From assembly GCA_001791995.1 (NCBI GenBank), contig MGFR01000001.1:78880-142879 (forward strand): a DNA stretch of 64,000 nt, read 5' to 3'. How positions within the stretch are numbered: the stretch's first letter is position 1; each line of letters begins with the position of its first letter. This document shows positions 18,729-28,347 of the stretch, in pieces. The stretch comes from Candidatus Woesebacteria bacterium RBG_13_46_13. Its GTDB lineage: Bacteria > Patescibacteriota > Microgenomatia > UBA8517. The notes under the pieces were generated by a model. That model saw nothing but the letters and a program-made list of their open reading frames with translations, did not search any database and was not told the origin of the DNA. Position numbers and translations under genes: made by a program.

Positions 18729-19382
18729 TTAATCCATTACTGATTTAACAATGCAATCATCAGAAAACTCTTTCCCACCATTAGGGTCTTCTCTTTCTTT
18801 TGCTTTTTTTCTTTCTTTTGCTATGAAAAATAATCTTTCCAACTCATTTTTTATTTGGATATGATTAAAGTTGTCCAATTTAACAAGACTATTGATGTCG
18901 TTTTTTAAATATCTCTCGTAGCCAGTCCCTGTGCCAATTAATTGTTTTCCGCTCCATCTATTCAGCTTGGGTTGGGGATCCCAATAAAATTCATAAACTT
19001 CGTAATTTCCATTCTGATAATTTTTTCCACATAAAACAAATCCTGAATTTTTGAAGTAGCTATTATTAGGCGCGGCATTTATATTTATGCGCAGCTGCTG
19101 TACAACGATAGGCTCAATAAATTCTTGAAAGTCTTTACTAATTAATTCTAGGCCTTTGCCCTTCCAACTTCCTAATTTTTCATATTCCTGGCAATAAAAA
19201 TCCCAATATTTTCCATTAAATTGGTTACCTCCGTGATTGAAAATAATTAAGGGGCAAGAATTAAACTTGCATATTTTATCAAAACCGTCTCTAAATCCTT
19301 CCTGATATTTTTTATCTTCATATCTTGTATCAGCACAAACACATATATCGTCATCGCAAATTGCTGTAAGAATTAGGGTCAT
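18729..19382 (-). CDS. hypothetical protein (island gene)
   Basis: 217 aa, low GC, Cys-containing N-terminus. No recognisable domain. Confidence 0.55.
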   Translation of the reverse strand: MTLILTAICDDDICVCADTRYEDKKYQEGFRDGFDKICKFNSCPLIIFNHGGNQFNGKYWDFYCQEYEKLGSWKGKGLELISKDFQEFIEPIVVQQLRININAAPNNSYFKNSGFVLCGKNYQNGNYEVYEFYWDPQPKLNRWSGKQLIGTGTGYERYLKNDINSLVKLDNFNHIQIKNELERLFFIAKERKKAKEREDPNGGKEFSDDCIVKSVMD

Positions 19383-19387
19383 AACTT

Positions 19388-20170
19388 TTACTCTTTAGGT
19401 TCCCATTTAAGAGCTTTAATAATTTCGCCAGTACATTCCTTATCAACTTCATCCAACAACATCCCGTTAAATAGCAACATCCCTGGATATAGAAGCATTA
19501 AATTTACTGGAGCAATAAAATGAGTTCCTGAGGCAACAGCTGGCCTAGCCCCTTTAACAAAAACCTGGCCGATTAATCCAAGCACAAGCAAATAATTAAC
19601 ATCTTCGTAAATCCCTTGAGTTTTTTCATCCGGAGTTCCTCTACCTGTTGAACTATATGGCAATGGTTTTGAAGAAAGGTTGAAACAATTTTCCCACTGG
19701 TTTCGCCCGACCACTGATAATACACCTAATTGCCTATAGCTTAATTGATCGGCTAATATCAAAGATTGAATTAGATTGTCGATTGGGGTATTTGTAAATG
19801 GGGCTCGGCCGAATAAATTTGCCAACAAAGGGATCTTTTTGTCTTCATATTCATCCTTAGCCGCCAACAGAGTCCCCTCGAATAGTTCGCCTATTTTCTT
19901 ATCTTTTGCATTCTCGGTTGGCTTAGAGCCACTACTGATCTGTTTTTGAATAATTTTATTCGCAAGCTCAGCCACTTTTTCAATCCGAGATTTCTCCTTT
20001 TTACTTAAAAACCTTTTAAGAACATCCGAAAGTATCGGAGCTGTTGCTCCACCAATTAATGCACCCGGAGGTCCTGCCACCACTAATCCAAACCCCGCAC
20101 CGACTAGCCCCGATCCTGTATCAATCGCAATTTCCTTTGTAAAATCATTTTGTTTTTTCATATATGCCAT
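19388..20170 (-). CDS. hypothetical protein with an N-terminal glycine-zipper-like hydrophobic segment (island gene)
   Basis: 260 aa. The segment GSGLVGAGFGLVVAGPPGALIGGATAPIL is glycine-zipper-like. It is 6 nt downstream of the next island gene, so the two likely form an operon. Confidence 0.55.
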   Translation of the reverse strand: MAYMKKQNDFTKEIAIDTGSGLVGAGFGLVVAGPPGALIGGATAPILSDVLKRFLSKKEKSRIEKVAELANKIIQKQISSGSKPTENAKDKKIGELFEGTLLAAKDEYEDKKIPLLANLFGRAPFTNTPIDNLIQSLILADQLSYRQLGVLSVVGRNQWENCFNLSSKPLPYSSTGRGTPDEKTQGIYEDVNYLLVLGLIGQVFVKGARPAVASGTHFIAPVNLMLLYPGMLLFNGMLLDEVDKECTGEIIKALKWEPKE

Positions 20171-20376
20171 CCAAGAAGTGAGTTGATTTTACATTAATAG
20201 ATTTTGGTATATTAAGTGCCGATTGGCTCCGTGTTCCTAGTTTCGCACTGACCACTGCTTTGTCCCGTATTCTCAAGGCTTTCCAAAACCCAATCTGGAC
20301 AGAACAAGCAAGGTCTAGATTGGAAGAAATAAAAAAATTACAAAATCCCCCTCGAGTTATATTTGCTAAAACTTAA

Positions 20377-21573
20377 TTAAGTTTCTATTTCCATATCAAT
20401 ATTAGGCACCTTTCCGTATCCCTGAAGTACAGCTATGAATCTTTCACCAAAACCTATTGACTTGATTAAAGTTTCTGGATTCCCCGCCTTCTCCAATAAC
20501 CATTCGCCAGTATCAGTCTCTTCGTCAGTTCCATAGTGATAAGAGTAATTGGTAAATACTATAGCGTTAGAAGGAGATTGTTTACCTTTGGTGGCAAATT
20601 GAGCCGCATCTCTCATTTTTGTAATGGTACCAACCCAAGGCACTTCTTCGGGACGAGCACCAGGTGAGAGTGGTAAGTTCATATCAATAAATACAATGAA
20701 TGGTTTACCTTGCACCCTCTGTTTAAGAGCGTTTCTATATAACTTAAGTACGTTTGAACGAAATTCGCGTTCTTGGTTAAACTCTCCTCCTATATGTAAC
20801 ACTCCCTCCCGTTCTTTACTTTTAACTTCAACAATAATTTCCTCTTTCGTTTCTGGATGTGTAGCTACGAATTCCGAATGCTTCGGCTGATTCTTTTTTC
20901 CCGCATACTCTTCATCAAGAAACTTGATTTTATATCCCATACGAGCGAACATGGCAGCCACAGCAATCTCATATCTAACGCTTTGGTAGCCATCGTATGC
21001 CCTAAGCTTATTCAAAAATATTTCAGGAAGATGGACAGCATGAAGCAGACTACATACATCAAACGCTAATGCAATCAACGCTCGTGAATAACCATCTGGA
21101 ATTGCCCGCCACATACCCCTGTACAAATTTTCTGGCCGTTGGTTTTTCTCCTTCCATTCATAATGCTTAGTGAAACATTTAAAAACGAAGTGTTGCTCAT
21201 TTTCGGGTAGTTTCAGTTGTGATTCCCACCATTCTTTACCTAAGGTCATTTTCAGTACATAGATAATAAATTCGTGGAAAGTTTCACCCTCTTTTTGGTA
21301 TGGGTATACACGGCTACCTAATGCCCATACTTTTTTACCTTTAAAATGGATTGGCTGTACAAAATCAATGAATATTCCAACCTGTCGCAGTCTTTTTCTT
21401 CTCTCCACTTGTTCTGTTTCTACCTCTCGCATCATCCTCTCAATCTCGGGGGTGGTATGTTCAATTTTAGTAACTTTGGGGACACCATAAGGAAAACCGC
21501 CCGTTAAAAGATGACATTTTTTATATTTCTTCCCGCTTCCACAGGGGCATGGGTCATTTCTTCCTATTTTCAT
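20377..21573 (-). CDS. SEC-C motif domain protein (island gene)
   Basis: 398 aa. The N-terminal [17 protein letters not shown] is a canonical SEC-C metal-binding motif. The remainder is unknown and includes a possible D...EVK nuclease-like motif. Confidence 0.65.
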   Translation of the reverse strand: MKIGRNDPCPCGSGKKYKKCHLLTGGFPYGVPKVTKIEHTTPEIERMMREVETEQVERRKRLRQVGIFIDFVQPIHFKGKKVWALGSRVYPYQKEGETFHEFIIYVLKMTLGKEWWESQLKLPENEQHFVFKCFTKHYEWKEKNQRPENLYRGMWRAIPDGYSRALIALAFDVCSLLHAVHLPEIFLNKLRAYDGYQSVRYEIAVAAMFARMGYKIKFLDEEYAGKKNQPKHSEFVATHPETKEEIIVEVKSKEREGVLHIGGEFNQEREFRSNVLKLYRNALKQRVQGKPFIVFIDMNLPLSPGARPEEVPWVGTITKMRDAAQFATKGKQSPSNAIVFTNYSYHYGTDEETDTGEWLLEKAGNPETLIKSIGFGERFIAVLQGYGKVPNIDMEIET

Positions 21574-21612
21574 AAAGGAGCTTCTGAGTTTATTGGTCAG
21601 ATTAAGACAATT

Positions 21613-21687
21613 TGGCTCCTCGGGCAGGATTCGGACCTGCGACCTTGCCCTTAACAGGGGCCCGCTCTACCACTGAGCTACCGAGGA
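21613..21687 (-). tRNA. tRNA-Asn (anticodon GTT)
   Basis: The reverse complement reads TCCTCGGTAGCTCAGTGGTAGAGCG...CTGTTAA...GGTTCGAATCC...CCGAGGAGCCA. It forms a cloverleaf with a CCA end and is very similar to E. coli tRNA-Asn. Confidence 0.88.
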
Positions 21688-21777
21688 ATATACTTGGCGG
21701 CCTAAATTATATCAGTTAGCCTCAATTCATGCCAGTTCCGATTGCCTTTTGAGCACAGCCTCTATATGATTTATAGA

Positions 21778-22167
21778 ATGAAACGCTTCGGGATAATTAT
21801 CGCAATTGTCACAATAGCCATACTGGGAGGAGGGGTTTACCTTTTTTCCAAGGGCGGAAAGTCCCAAACCGTTCCGTCCGTGTCGGGTTACGAATATTAT
21901 TGGGGGACCGGTTGCCCCCACTGCGCAAAAGTCGACGAGTTTTTCCAGACCTGGGCCCTAAAGGATAAAGTGGAAATAGCCAAGAGGGAGGTCTGGTACA
22001 ACAAGACCAACGCCAAAATCTTTGCCGCCAGGCTTGATGCCTGCCAAATTCCCCAACAAGAAAGGGGTGTGCCTGTTTTGGTTACTCCGGAAGGAAAGTG
22101 TCTTTCGGGAGATGAGCCGATAATTAACCATTTAAAGGAAATCAAAATCGATGAAAAAAGCATTTAA
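21778..22167 (+). CDS. membrane-anchored thioredoxin-fold protein (CPHC motif)
   Basis: Start at the internal ATG 21778 (MKRFGIIIAIV...), an N-terminal transmembrane helix, then WGTGCPHCAKV. Confidence 0.7.
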   Translation: MKRFGIIIAIVTIAILGGGVYLFSKGGKSQTVPSVSGYEYYWGTGCPHCAKVDEFFQTWALKDKVEIAKREVWYNKTNAKIFAARLDACQIPQQERGVPVLVTPEGKCLSGDEPIINHLKEIKIDEKSI

Positions 22168-22666
22168 GATTCTTTCAGCGTTATTTGTAGTTCTTTTCGT
22201 CTTTCCGGTGAAGACCTACGCCGTTTGCCCAATTTGCACGGTGGCTGTTGCCGCAGGGCTGGGGCTCTCTCGGTATCTGGGAATCGACGATGCGGTCTCC
22301 AGTATCTGGATTGGGGGCTTAATCCTTTCGGTTTCTTTCTGGACGATAGACTGGCTGAGCAAGAAAAAGGTCGCCTTTAAATACAAAAACATCCTGGTTT
22401 TCGTTTTCTGGTATGGCCTGACCTTAATCCCATTGCAGCTTACTGGAATCATGGGGCATCCCTTCAACGTAATCTTGGGAGTAGATAAAATCCTTTTCGG
22501 AACAGCTGTTGGTTCGATTTTCTTTCTTTTGGGAGTCTGGGCGGACAAGAAGGTCCGGGAAAAAAGAGGCAAACAGCTCTTTGCGTTCCAAAGGGTGGTC
22601 TTTCCGATGGTTTCGCTGGCTATCGCCTCTCTTGTTGTATACTTTTACGGAGGGTATCTTTACTAA
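22151..22666 (+). CDS. polytopic membrane protein with a CPIC motif, hypothetical
   Basis: 171 aa overlapping the thioredoxin gene by 17 nt. It has a signal or anchor followed by VCPIC, and 4 to 5 transmembrane helices. Confidence 0.6.
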   Translation: MKKAFKILSALFVVLFVFPVKTYAVCPICTVAVAAGLGLSRYLGIDDAVSSIWIGGLILSVSFWTIDWLSKKKVAFKYKNILVFVFWYGLTLIPLQLTGIMGHPFNVILGVDKILFGTAVGSIFFLLGVWADKKVREKRGKQLFAFQRVVFPMVSLAIASLVVYFYGGYLY

Positions 22667-23215
22667 ATGGCCGACAAGAAAAAAATACAAAGTCTCCTGG
22701 ATAAGGTGGAGGCTGCCACTGCCAAGAACAAAATCGATTTATCCTCGGCCGAGGATCTATCCATCGGGATAATGAACCTAATTGCCATTGAGGAGCATCT
22801 CTTTTTCTCCTCCCAGAAAACCGGCAAACCCCAGTATCTTGAGCTTCTAAACGAGGTGCGGCTGATGCGTACGGAGCTGATGAAGGATATTATCAAGGAT
22901 TACGAGGGCGAGGTCTGGTGTATCAGCAAACACCTCCTCTCAGCCACCATGAGGCTGATTGAGGTCGGCACCAAAGAGCTCAAAAAGGGCGAAAAGAAGA
23001 AAGCCTGGTATCTGTTCGAAAAGGCTTACAAGCTCTATTCCCTTTTCTGGGGAATCAATCTTGATATCGTGCACCTGGAGGAGGTCAAAAGGGACAAATT
23101 CGAAGACCCCAAGATTGACCTGATCGACGAAGAGGGGAAAAAGAGTGGTTCTTCCTCTGTTTTTGACAAACTGGGCTCAATCATCAAGAAAGCGGTTGAT
23201 TGCTGCAAAGAGTAG
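22667..23215 (+). CDS. hypothetical protein
   Basis: 182 aa, hydrophilic and Lys/Glu-rich. The start is 1 nt after the previous stop. Confidence 0.55.
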   Translation: MADKKKIQSLLDKVEAATAKNKIDLSSAEDLSIGIMNLIAIEEHLFFSSQKTGKPQYLELLNEVRLMRTELMKDIIKDYEGEVWCISKHLLSATMRLIEVGTKELKKGEKKKAWYLFEKAYKLYSLFWGINLDIVHLEEVKRDKFEDPKIDLIDEEGKKSGSSSVFDKLGSIIKKAVDCCKE

Positions 23216-23216
23216 C

Positions 23217-24296
23217 TCAGTCCAGGTAATCCTGAAGTTTCTTTCTTCTGGAGGGGTGTTTCAACTTTCTTAAGGCTTTGGCTTCGATTTGTCTGATTCG
23301 TTCTCTGGTTACCCCGAAAACTTTACCTACCTCCTCCAGGGTCATCTGTTTATTGCCTTCAAGACCGAATCTAAGCTTCAAGACTCTGGCTTCCCTGTCC
23401 GACAGGGTTGCCAAAACCTCATCCAAATGGTCTTTCAGAAGCTGCTTTGAAGCCTGGTCAACCGGGGAAAGGGTGCTTTCATCGGGAATAAAATCTCCCA
23501 AAAAGCTTTCCTGGTCTTCTCCGACCGGGGCCTCCAGCGAGGTCACCTCCTGGGCAATCTTAAAGATTTCCCTGACTCTGTCCGGCTCAATCTCCAGCTC
23601 TGATCCTATCTCCTCGGGGGTGGGCTCACGTCCCAGCTCCTGCATCAATCTTCTTGAGGTGCGGTAGAGCTTATTGATGGTCTCAACCATGTGCACCGGA
23701 ATTCTGATTGTCCTGGCCTGGTCGGCAATGGCCCGGGTAATGGCCTGGCGAATCCACCAGGTGGCGTAGGTTGAGAATTTAAAACCTTTTCTCCAGTCGT
23801 ATTTCTCAACTGCCCTGATAAGTCCCTGGTTGCCTTCCTGGATAAGATCCAAAAGGGAAAGGCCCCTGCCGATATATTTCTTGGCGATTGAAACCACCAG
23901 CCTCAGGTTTGATTCGGTGAGCTTATCCTTGGCTCTTTTGTCGGCTTTCTCATATCTTTTGGCCAGCTCAACCTCCTCTTCAGCATCCAAGAGGGGAACC
24001 TTGCCGATCTCGCGCAAATACTGTCTGACCGGATCTGTGCTTTCTATGCCTTCGAGTTTGGAAAGAATCTCTATCTCCCTGTCCAGTTTCTCCTGGGCTT
24101 TTTCGTCGGTTTCAATCTCTTCCGGAGTGATGGATTCGAAAACGTCGATATTCTCGGAGAGTAGTTTTTCGTAAAGGTCATCCAGTTCGGCAATTCTGGC
24201 CTCGGCATTGGGAAAGACCTCCAGGATATCGTCCTGGGTCAAAAAACCCTGGTCTCTGCCTTTTTTGATAAGTTCCTGAACCGGTTTTCTAATCAT
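23217..24296 (-). CDS. rpoD: RNA polymerase sigma-70 factor RpoD
   Basis: Region 2 ([35 protein letters not shown]) and region 4 motifs. It lies downstream of dnaG. Confidence 0.93.
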   Translation of the reverse strand: MIRKPVQELIKKGRDQGFLTQDDILEVFPNAEARIAELDDLYEKLLSENIDVFESITPEEIETDEKAQEKLDREIEILSKLEGIESTDPVRQYLREIGKVPLLDAEEEVELAKRYEKADKRAKDKLTESNLRLVVSIAKKYIGRGLSLLDLIQEGNQGLIRAVEKYDWRKGFKFSTYATWWIRQAITRAIADQARTIRIPVHMVETINKLYRTSRRLMQELGREPTPEEIGSELEIEPDRVREIFKIAQEVTSLEAPVGEDQESFLGDFIPDESTLSPVDQASKQLLKDHLDEVLATLSDREARVLKLRFGLEGNKQMTLEEVGKVFGVTRERIRQIEAKALRKLKHPSRRKKLQDYLD

Positions 24297-26101
24297 GTTT
24301 TCTGTACCTCACTTAGGATTATACCTCCTTCTTGTTCCGCAAGCTTGGAAAGTTTTAACGAAAGCTCGCCAAATTTCTCCTGGACATCTTTAAGTTTAGC
24401 CTTCTCTCCCGCTTCCTCAAACTGGCGAATCTTGGCTCCCAACTGCTCCAGTTTGTGCCTAACCTCTTGAATCGTCAGTTCACGGATGACCAAATCCTGT
24501 TCTTTTTTCAGCTCCTCTTTATCCTCCACCAAGCCTTCGGTGTCCCTTAAAACCATCTCGGCAAAGCCCTCCACCAGCTCTTTGGGGAGCTTCTCGGCAA
24601 ACTCCGAAGGGCTAAAGGGTTTCCCGCCAGAGGAATATTTCTCGAATTCCTCAACGATTCTGTGGGGCAGAGGTGTGGCAATGAGCTTAAAAATTTTGGG
24701 CTCGATTAAAACTTTGGGGTCGGATTGGAAGGCCAGGGTCAGAAGCCTTTCTTCCAAGAGCTGTCTTCTGGCCTTTTCTTCTTTTTTGACGATTCCGACT
24801 TCCAGTTTAGGGGTCTCGGTTTGGGTCTGGACCTCCTCTATCTGCTGGGTAACTGCGGTTGCCGGCACCCCGAGCTTGGAAGCAACGATCTCAATGTAGT
24901 GGGCTTGGACTATTTTGTCCGGAATCGAAGCCAGGATAGGAACGATTTCCCTGCTTATTTTTGCCTTGCCTTCTCCGGTTGAATCGTCGAGTCTGGAAAA
25001 AACGGATTCCACGATAAAATCCCAAACACCTACCGCACCCTCAAGAATTTTTTTGTACCCGGCCGGGTCTTTCCGGACAGCCTCGTCCGGATCCTTAAAC
25101 TCACCCATTATGGCCATCTTAACCTCCAGGCCCTGCTTTTGGGCAATAACCACCCCGCGTCTGGCCGCAACGTCTCCGGCCAGGTCGCTGTCCAGTGCCA
25201 GGATAATCTTGCGGGTAAACCGGGAGAGAAGTCTGACCTGCTCTTCGGTTAAGGCCGAACCTTTGATGGCAACCGTGTTTTTTACTCCCGCCTGCCAGGA
25301 AGAAATCATATCTAGTTCTCCCTCAACGATATTGGCCTCTCCCGCTTTTTTGATTTCTTCTTTGGCAACATTCAGTCCGAAAAGAAGATTCGATTTATGG
25401 TAGACGGGCGTTTCCGGAGAGTTGATGTATTTGGCCATCTCGGTTGAGGCGGTAGGCAGAACCCTGCCGGCAAACCCGGCGATGTTGCCCCGATGATCCG
25501 TTAAGGGAAAGATTATCCTGCCCCCGAATCTGTCGTAGACCCTGTCTCCCCGGATAACCACCAGCCCCAACCTGTCCACGTCTTTTAAACCGAATCTTTT
25601 TTTGCCCACCAAAAAACGGTTGAGGACGTTGGGTACATCCGGGGAAAATCCCAGACCGAAAGCCTTGATTGTTTCCAAGCTTAAGCCTCGGTCTTTAAGC
25701 AGGTAATTTAAGGCTCCCTGGCCGGCTCTGTGACTTAGTAAAATATAGTTGTAAAACTTTCCCGCAAAGGAATTGATTTCAAATAGTTTTTCTTTTTCTC
25801 CCGTCTCTCCCGGCCTGACCGAGACCAGCTTAACCCCCGCCTTATCCGCCAGAAAACGCAGGGCCTCGCCAAACTCCATCCCCTCATACTTCTGCAAAAA
25901 GGAATAGACGTCTCCGGCCTCTCCGCAGCCGAAACATTTATACATCTGCAACTCTGGGGAAACCATAAAAGAAGGGGTTTTTTCGCCGTGGAAGGGACAA
26001 AGCGCTTTATAATTCCTGCCGGCTTTCTTAAGAGGAATGTATTCTCCCAAAAGGGAAACGATGTCCGTTTTTTGCTTTATCTCGTCGACCTGGTCCGCCA
26101 T
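24293..26101 (-). CDS. dnaG: DNA primase DnaG
   Basis: A CHC2 zinc finger ([11 protein letters not shown]...CFGCG) and a Toprim domain. It overlaps rpoD by 4 nt. Confidence 0.92.
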   Translation of the reverse strand: MADQVDEIKQKTDIVSLLGEYIPLKKAGRNYKALCPFHGEKTPSFMVSPELQMYKCFGCGEAGDVYSFLQKYEGMEFGEALRFLADKAGVKLVSVRPGETGEKEKLFEINSFAGKFYNYILLSHRAGQGALNYLLKDRGLSLETIKAFGLGFSPDVPNVLNRFLVGKKRFGLKDVDRLGLVVIRGDRVYDRFGGRIIFPLTDHRGNIAGFAGRVLPTASTEMAKYINSPETPVYHKSNLLFGLNVAKEEIKKAGEANIVEGELDMISSWQAGVKNTVAIKGSALTEEQVRLLSRFTRKIILALDSDLAGDVAARRGVVIAQKQGLEVKMAIMGEFKDPDEAVRKDPAGYKKILEGAVGVWDFIVESVFSRLDDSTGEGKAKISREIVPILASIPDKIVQAHYIEIVASKLGVPATAVTQQIEEVQTQTETPKLEVGIVKKEEKARRQLLEERLLTLAFQSDPKVLIEPKIFKLIATPLPHRIVEEFEKYSSGGKPFSPSEFAEKLPKELVEGFAEMVLRDTEGLVEDKEELKKEQDLVIRELTIQEVRHKLEQLGAKIRQFEEAGEKAKLKDVQEKFGELSLKLSKLAEQEGGIILSEVQKT

Positions 26102-26152
26102 GGTTTGCGCATTTTATCATATCACCCGAAGAAAAACTGAAGATTGGCCTTG

Positions 26153-26241
26153 GGCGGTGAGGGAGGGATTCGAACCCTCGGTAACCTTGCGGCTACTCGC
26201 GCTCTCCAAGCGCGTGCACTAGACCACTATGCGACCTCACC
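26153..26241 (-). tRNA. tRNA-Ser (anticodon GGA), type II with a long variable arm
   Basis: The reverse complement starts GGTGAGGTCGCATAGTGGTCTAGTGC and has the anticodon loop TTGGAGA and a long variable arm. No CCA is encoded. Confidence 0.75.
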
Positions 26242-26248
26242 TTAGAGA

Positions 26249-26686
26249 TTACCTTTTTCTCTGACGCGCTTTTTCCCACTCTTTAAGTACGTCTTTGGCG
26301 TTCTTGTACATCTCTTTTTCTCTTTTGAGAGAAACTCTTTTAATTACGTCCTTAAGTTCCAGCCATTCGAATTTATCAAATCCGATCATCTCTCCCGCGG
26401 ACTGTTGGACCAAGAGATAATAGTAATACTTAACCGGAACCGATTTGCCGTTGATCAGGGTTGTCCCGCTGGCTCTCCCCGCTTCTTCCAAAATCCTGGC
26501 GTTCATGCCAGCCACCTCCCCGGTCATCCTGAGAGAGGCCCTCACCGAAGATTCCCCTTTGCGAACCGTAACTTTGGGAACCTCCCATTCCGCGTTCTCA
26601 CCTTGTTTGACCACCAAAAACTTACGCTTGCCGGCGTAATCTTTAAAAACAATCGCTCCTGATATCAAAAGTTGATTCGTTTTCAT
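26249..26686 (-). CDS. Nudix-fold-like protein with a degenerate Nudix box, hypothetical
   Basis: Start at the internal ATG 26686 (MKTNQLLISGAIVF...). The N-terminal extension in the ORF track overlaps two tRNA genes and is rejected. GESSVRASLRMTGEVAGM aligns to the Nudix box but lacks the REx2EE catalytic residues. Confidence 0.4.
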   Translation of the reverse strand: MKTNQLLISGAIVFKDYAGKRKFLVVKQGENAEWEVPKVTVRKGESSVRASLRMTGEVAGMNARILEEAGRASGTTLINGKSVPVKYYYYLLVQQSAGEMIGFDKFEWLELKDVIKRVSLKREKEMYKNAKDVLKEWEKARQRKR

Positions 26687-26694
26687 TTTTTTAT

Positions 26695-26782
26695 TGGCGG
26701 TGGGTACAGGATTCGAACCTGTGTAGGGCTTTCGCCCTCGGGTTTTCGAAACCCGCGCATTTGGCCGCTCTGCCAACCCACC
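26695..26782 (-). tRNA. tRNA-Ser (anticodon CGA), type II
   Basis: The reverse complement starts GGTGGGTTGGCAGAGCGGCC and has the anticodon loop TTCGAAA, a long variable arm, a TTCGAAT T-loop, and ends ACCCACCGCCA. Confidence 0.8.
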
Positions 26783-26857
26783 TGGTGCGCCTACCCAGAG
26801 TCGAACTGGGATCAACGGCTCCGCAAGCCGCTACTCTATCCATTAAGCTATAGGCGC
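26783..26857 (-). tRNA. tRNA-Arg (anticodon read as GCG)
   Basis: The reverse complement is GCGCCTATAGCTTAATGGATAGAGTAGCGGCTTGCGGAGCCGTTGATCCCAGTTCGACTCTGGGTAGGCGCACCA. The D-arm resembles E. coli tRNA-Arg. It abuts tRNA-Ser with no spacer. Confidence 0.7.
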
Positions 26858-26862
26858 TTAGA

Positions 26863-27426
26863 CTATTTGTTTCCCGGAAGTTTAGCGGCAAACCAATTGG
26901 CGGCCTTGTCCAGGTAGGAAGGTGGCGCCTCTTCTTCGGGCAAGAACTGGGAAAGCGCTTTTTTGACCTCTTCCTTGCTCTCGGGAGCCAAGACATACTC
27001 GATTCTTCCCGGCAGATTGGTACTTTCGACAACCAAAAGCTCGTTGTCAAACCTGCGGCTGAACCAGTATCTTACCAGAGCCTGCCAATCCGTTCTTTTT
27101 CCCGCAACCTTGATGCCCCGGCTGGTAATCTTATACTCCACAGCTTCGGGCTCAACGGTGCTCATGACATAGAAAAGGAAAATAAGCGAGATCAGAAGCA
27201 CAACTGGCATCCAGCCTTCAACCATAAATAGGATCAACCCCACCACGGCGGCGATGGCGATAATGGTAACGTAGTATTCCCGATCCCTACGTTTAAACGG
27301 TCTGGCCGGGGCGGTCCAGCTGATCAGGTCTTTTTCGGCCTCTCTGCGGATAACAACGGGCTGTGCTTCCTCTTTTAAAGTGCTCTTGTCCTCGGCAGTG
27401 GGCATATTATGCGTATTATACCTCAA
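26863..27426 (-). CDS. hypothetical membrane protein (two transmembrane helices plus a C-terminal soluble domain)
   Basis: 187 aa ORF. The start may be the internal Met (MPTAED...). Confidence 0.5.
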   Translation of the reverse strand: MRYNTHNMPTAEDKSTLKEEAQPVVIRREAEKDLISWTAPARPFKRRDREYYVTIIAIAAVVGLILFMVEGWMPVVLLISLIFLFYVMSTVEPEAVEYKITSRGIKVAGKRTDWQALVRYWFSRRFDNELLVVESTNLPGRIEYVLAPESKEEVKKALSQFLPEEEAPPSYLDKAANWFAAKLPGNK

Positions 27427-27473
27427 AGCAGGTTGGGTTCCAAGCTCATATCTGGTATACTTTAGGGCTATCT

Positions 27474-27558
27474 GGAGAGTATGCCGAGCGGCTAAGGCAA
27501 TGGTTTGCTAAACCATGGTCGCGAAAGCGGCCGGTGGGTTCGACTCCCGCACTCTCCG
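27474..27558 (+). tRNA. tRNA-Ser (anticodon GCT), type II
   Basis: Starts GGAGAGTATGCCGAGCGGCTAAGGC, has the anticodon loop TTGCTAA, a long variable arm and a TTCGACT T-loop. Confidence 0.8.
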
Positions 27559-27562
27559 CCCA

Positions 27563-27651
27563 GGTGAGGTGGCCGAGCGGACTATGGCGTTGGTCTTGAA
27601 AACCAATGTGGGGATTTTTCCTCACCGTGGGTTCGAATCCCACCCTCACCG
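27563..27651 (+). tRNA. tRNA-Ser (anticodon TGA), type II
   Basis: Starts GGTGAGGTGGCCGAGCGGACTATGGC, has the anticodon loop CTTGAAA, a long variable arm and a TTCGAAT T-loop. Confidence 0.8.
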
Positions 27652-27652
27652 C

Positions 27653-28327
27653 TTAACCACGGCAAAGCGTCAAACCCCTGACTTTTTTAACCCCCTTTTG
27701 CTTCAGCACGCTACAAGCCTCTTTAAGGGTGGAGCCCGTAGTCCAAACGTCGTCAAAGAGAATAACCGGCCTATTAAACGGGAAATGGTTTTCCTTTAAG
27801 GTAAAGGCTCCGCTGAGATTCAGTCTGCGTTGTTCTCTACTCAGGCCTGTTTGGGCAAGGGTCTTTTTGTCCTTGATTAGAAGCTTGGAACTAAAATCCC
27901 ATTTCATTAGGGAGGCCAGACGCTTGCCTACCTCCTCTGCCTGGTTAAAACCCCTCCAGTTTTTTCTGTCCTTATACACAGGAATCGGAACCAACAGCGC
28001 CTTTTTGGGAAAGGGGTTAAATCCCGAGCCAAGAGATTCGGCCGCATGGGAGGATAGCTCCCCGGCGATATCAAAAGCGAAACGGTATTTCATGGTCAAA
28101 ATCGCTTTCCTGACACCCCTTTTGTAACCCCAGAGGGAATAAAGCCCGTCGAGCCCTAAAGGTCTGCGGCAGGAAGGGTGCGTCTTTCCAGAGATAGAGG
28201 CTTTGAAGCAAATAGGGCAGATTTGCATTTCCAGACTCTCTTTGGCCAGACAAGCCGCACAGAGGTAGGTTCCTTTTTTGCCACAGCCAAAGCAGGTTTT
28301 TGGGAAAATAATATCTAAGATATCCAT
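27653..28327 (-). CDS. comFC: ComF family protein (phosphoribosyltransferase-like, competence)
   Basis: 224 aa with an N-terminal Cys-rich zinc-finger region (CFGCG...C..C) and a C-terminal PRTase motif (VILFDDVWTTGSTL). Confidence 0.8.
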   Translation of the reverse strand: MDILDIIFPKTCFGCGKKGTYLCAACLAKESLEMQICPICFKASISGKTHPSCRRPLGLDGLYSLWGYKRGVRKAILTMKYRFAFDIAGELSSHAAESLGSGFNPFPKKALLVPIPVYKDRKNWRGFNQAEEVGKRLASLMKWDFSSKLLIKDKKTLAQTGLSREQRRLNLSGAFTLKENHFPFNRPVILFDDVWTTGSTLKEACSVLKQKGVKKVRGLTLCRG

Positions 28328-28347
28328 ATCGGATATAATTGGGGTGT

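Noticed and set aside
18304-21700. Integrase or attachment-site direct repeat for the tRNA-Asn island
   Set aside because: No tyrosine-recombinase-like ORF is present in the island. I could not find by eye a copy of the tRNA-Asn 3' end near the distal boundary, so the island is reported as a candidate rather than a defined integrative element.
24486-25403. ORFs antisense to dnaG (24486-24899, 24915-25403)
   Set aside because: They lie entirely within the conserved primase gene and have Ser-rich low-complexity translations.
26687-26815. N-terminal extension of the 26249-26815 ORF (MIPVRLWVGAPGG...)
   Set aside because: The extension overlaps the tRNA-Ser(CGA) gene and reads through tRNA sequence. 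The true start is the internal ATG at 26686.
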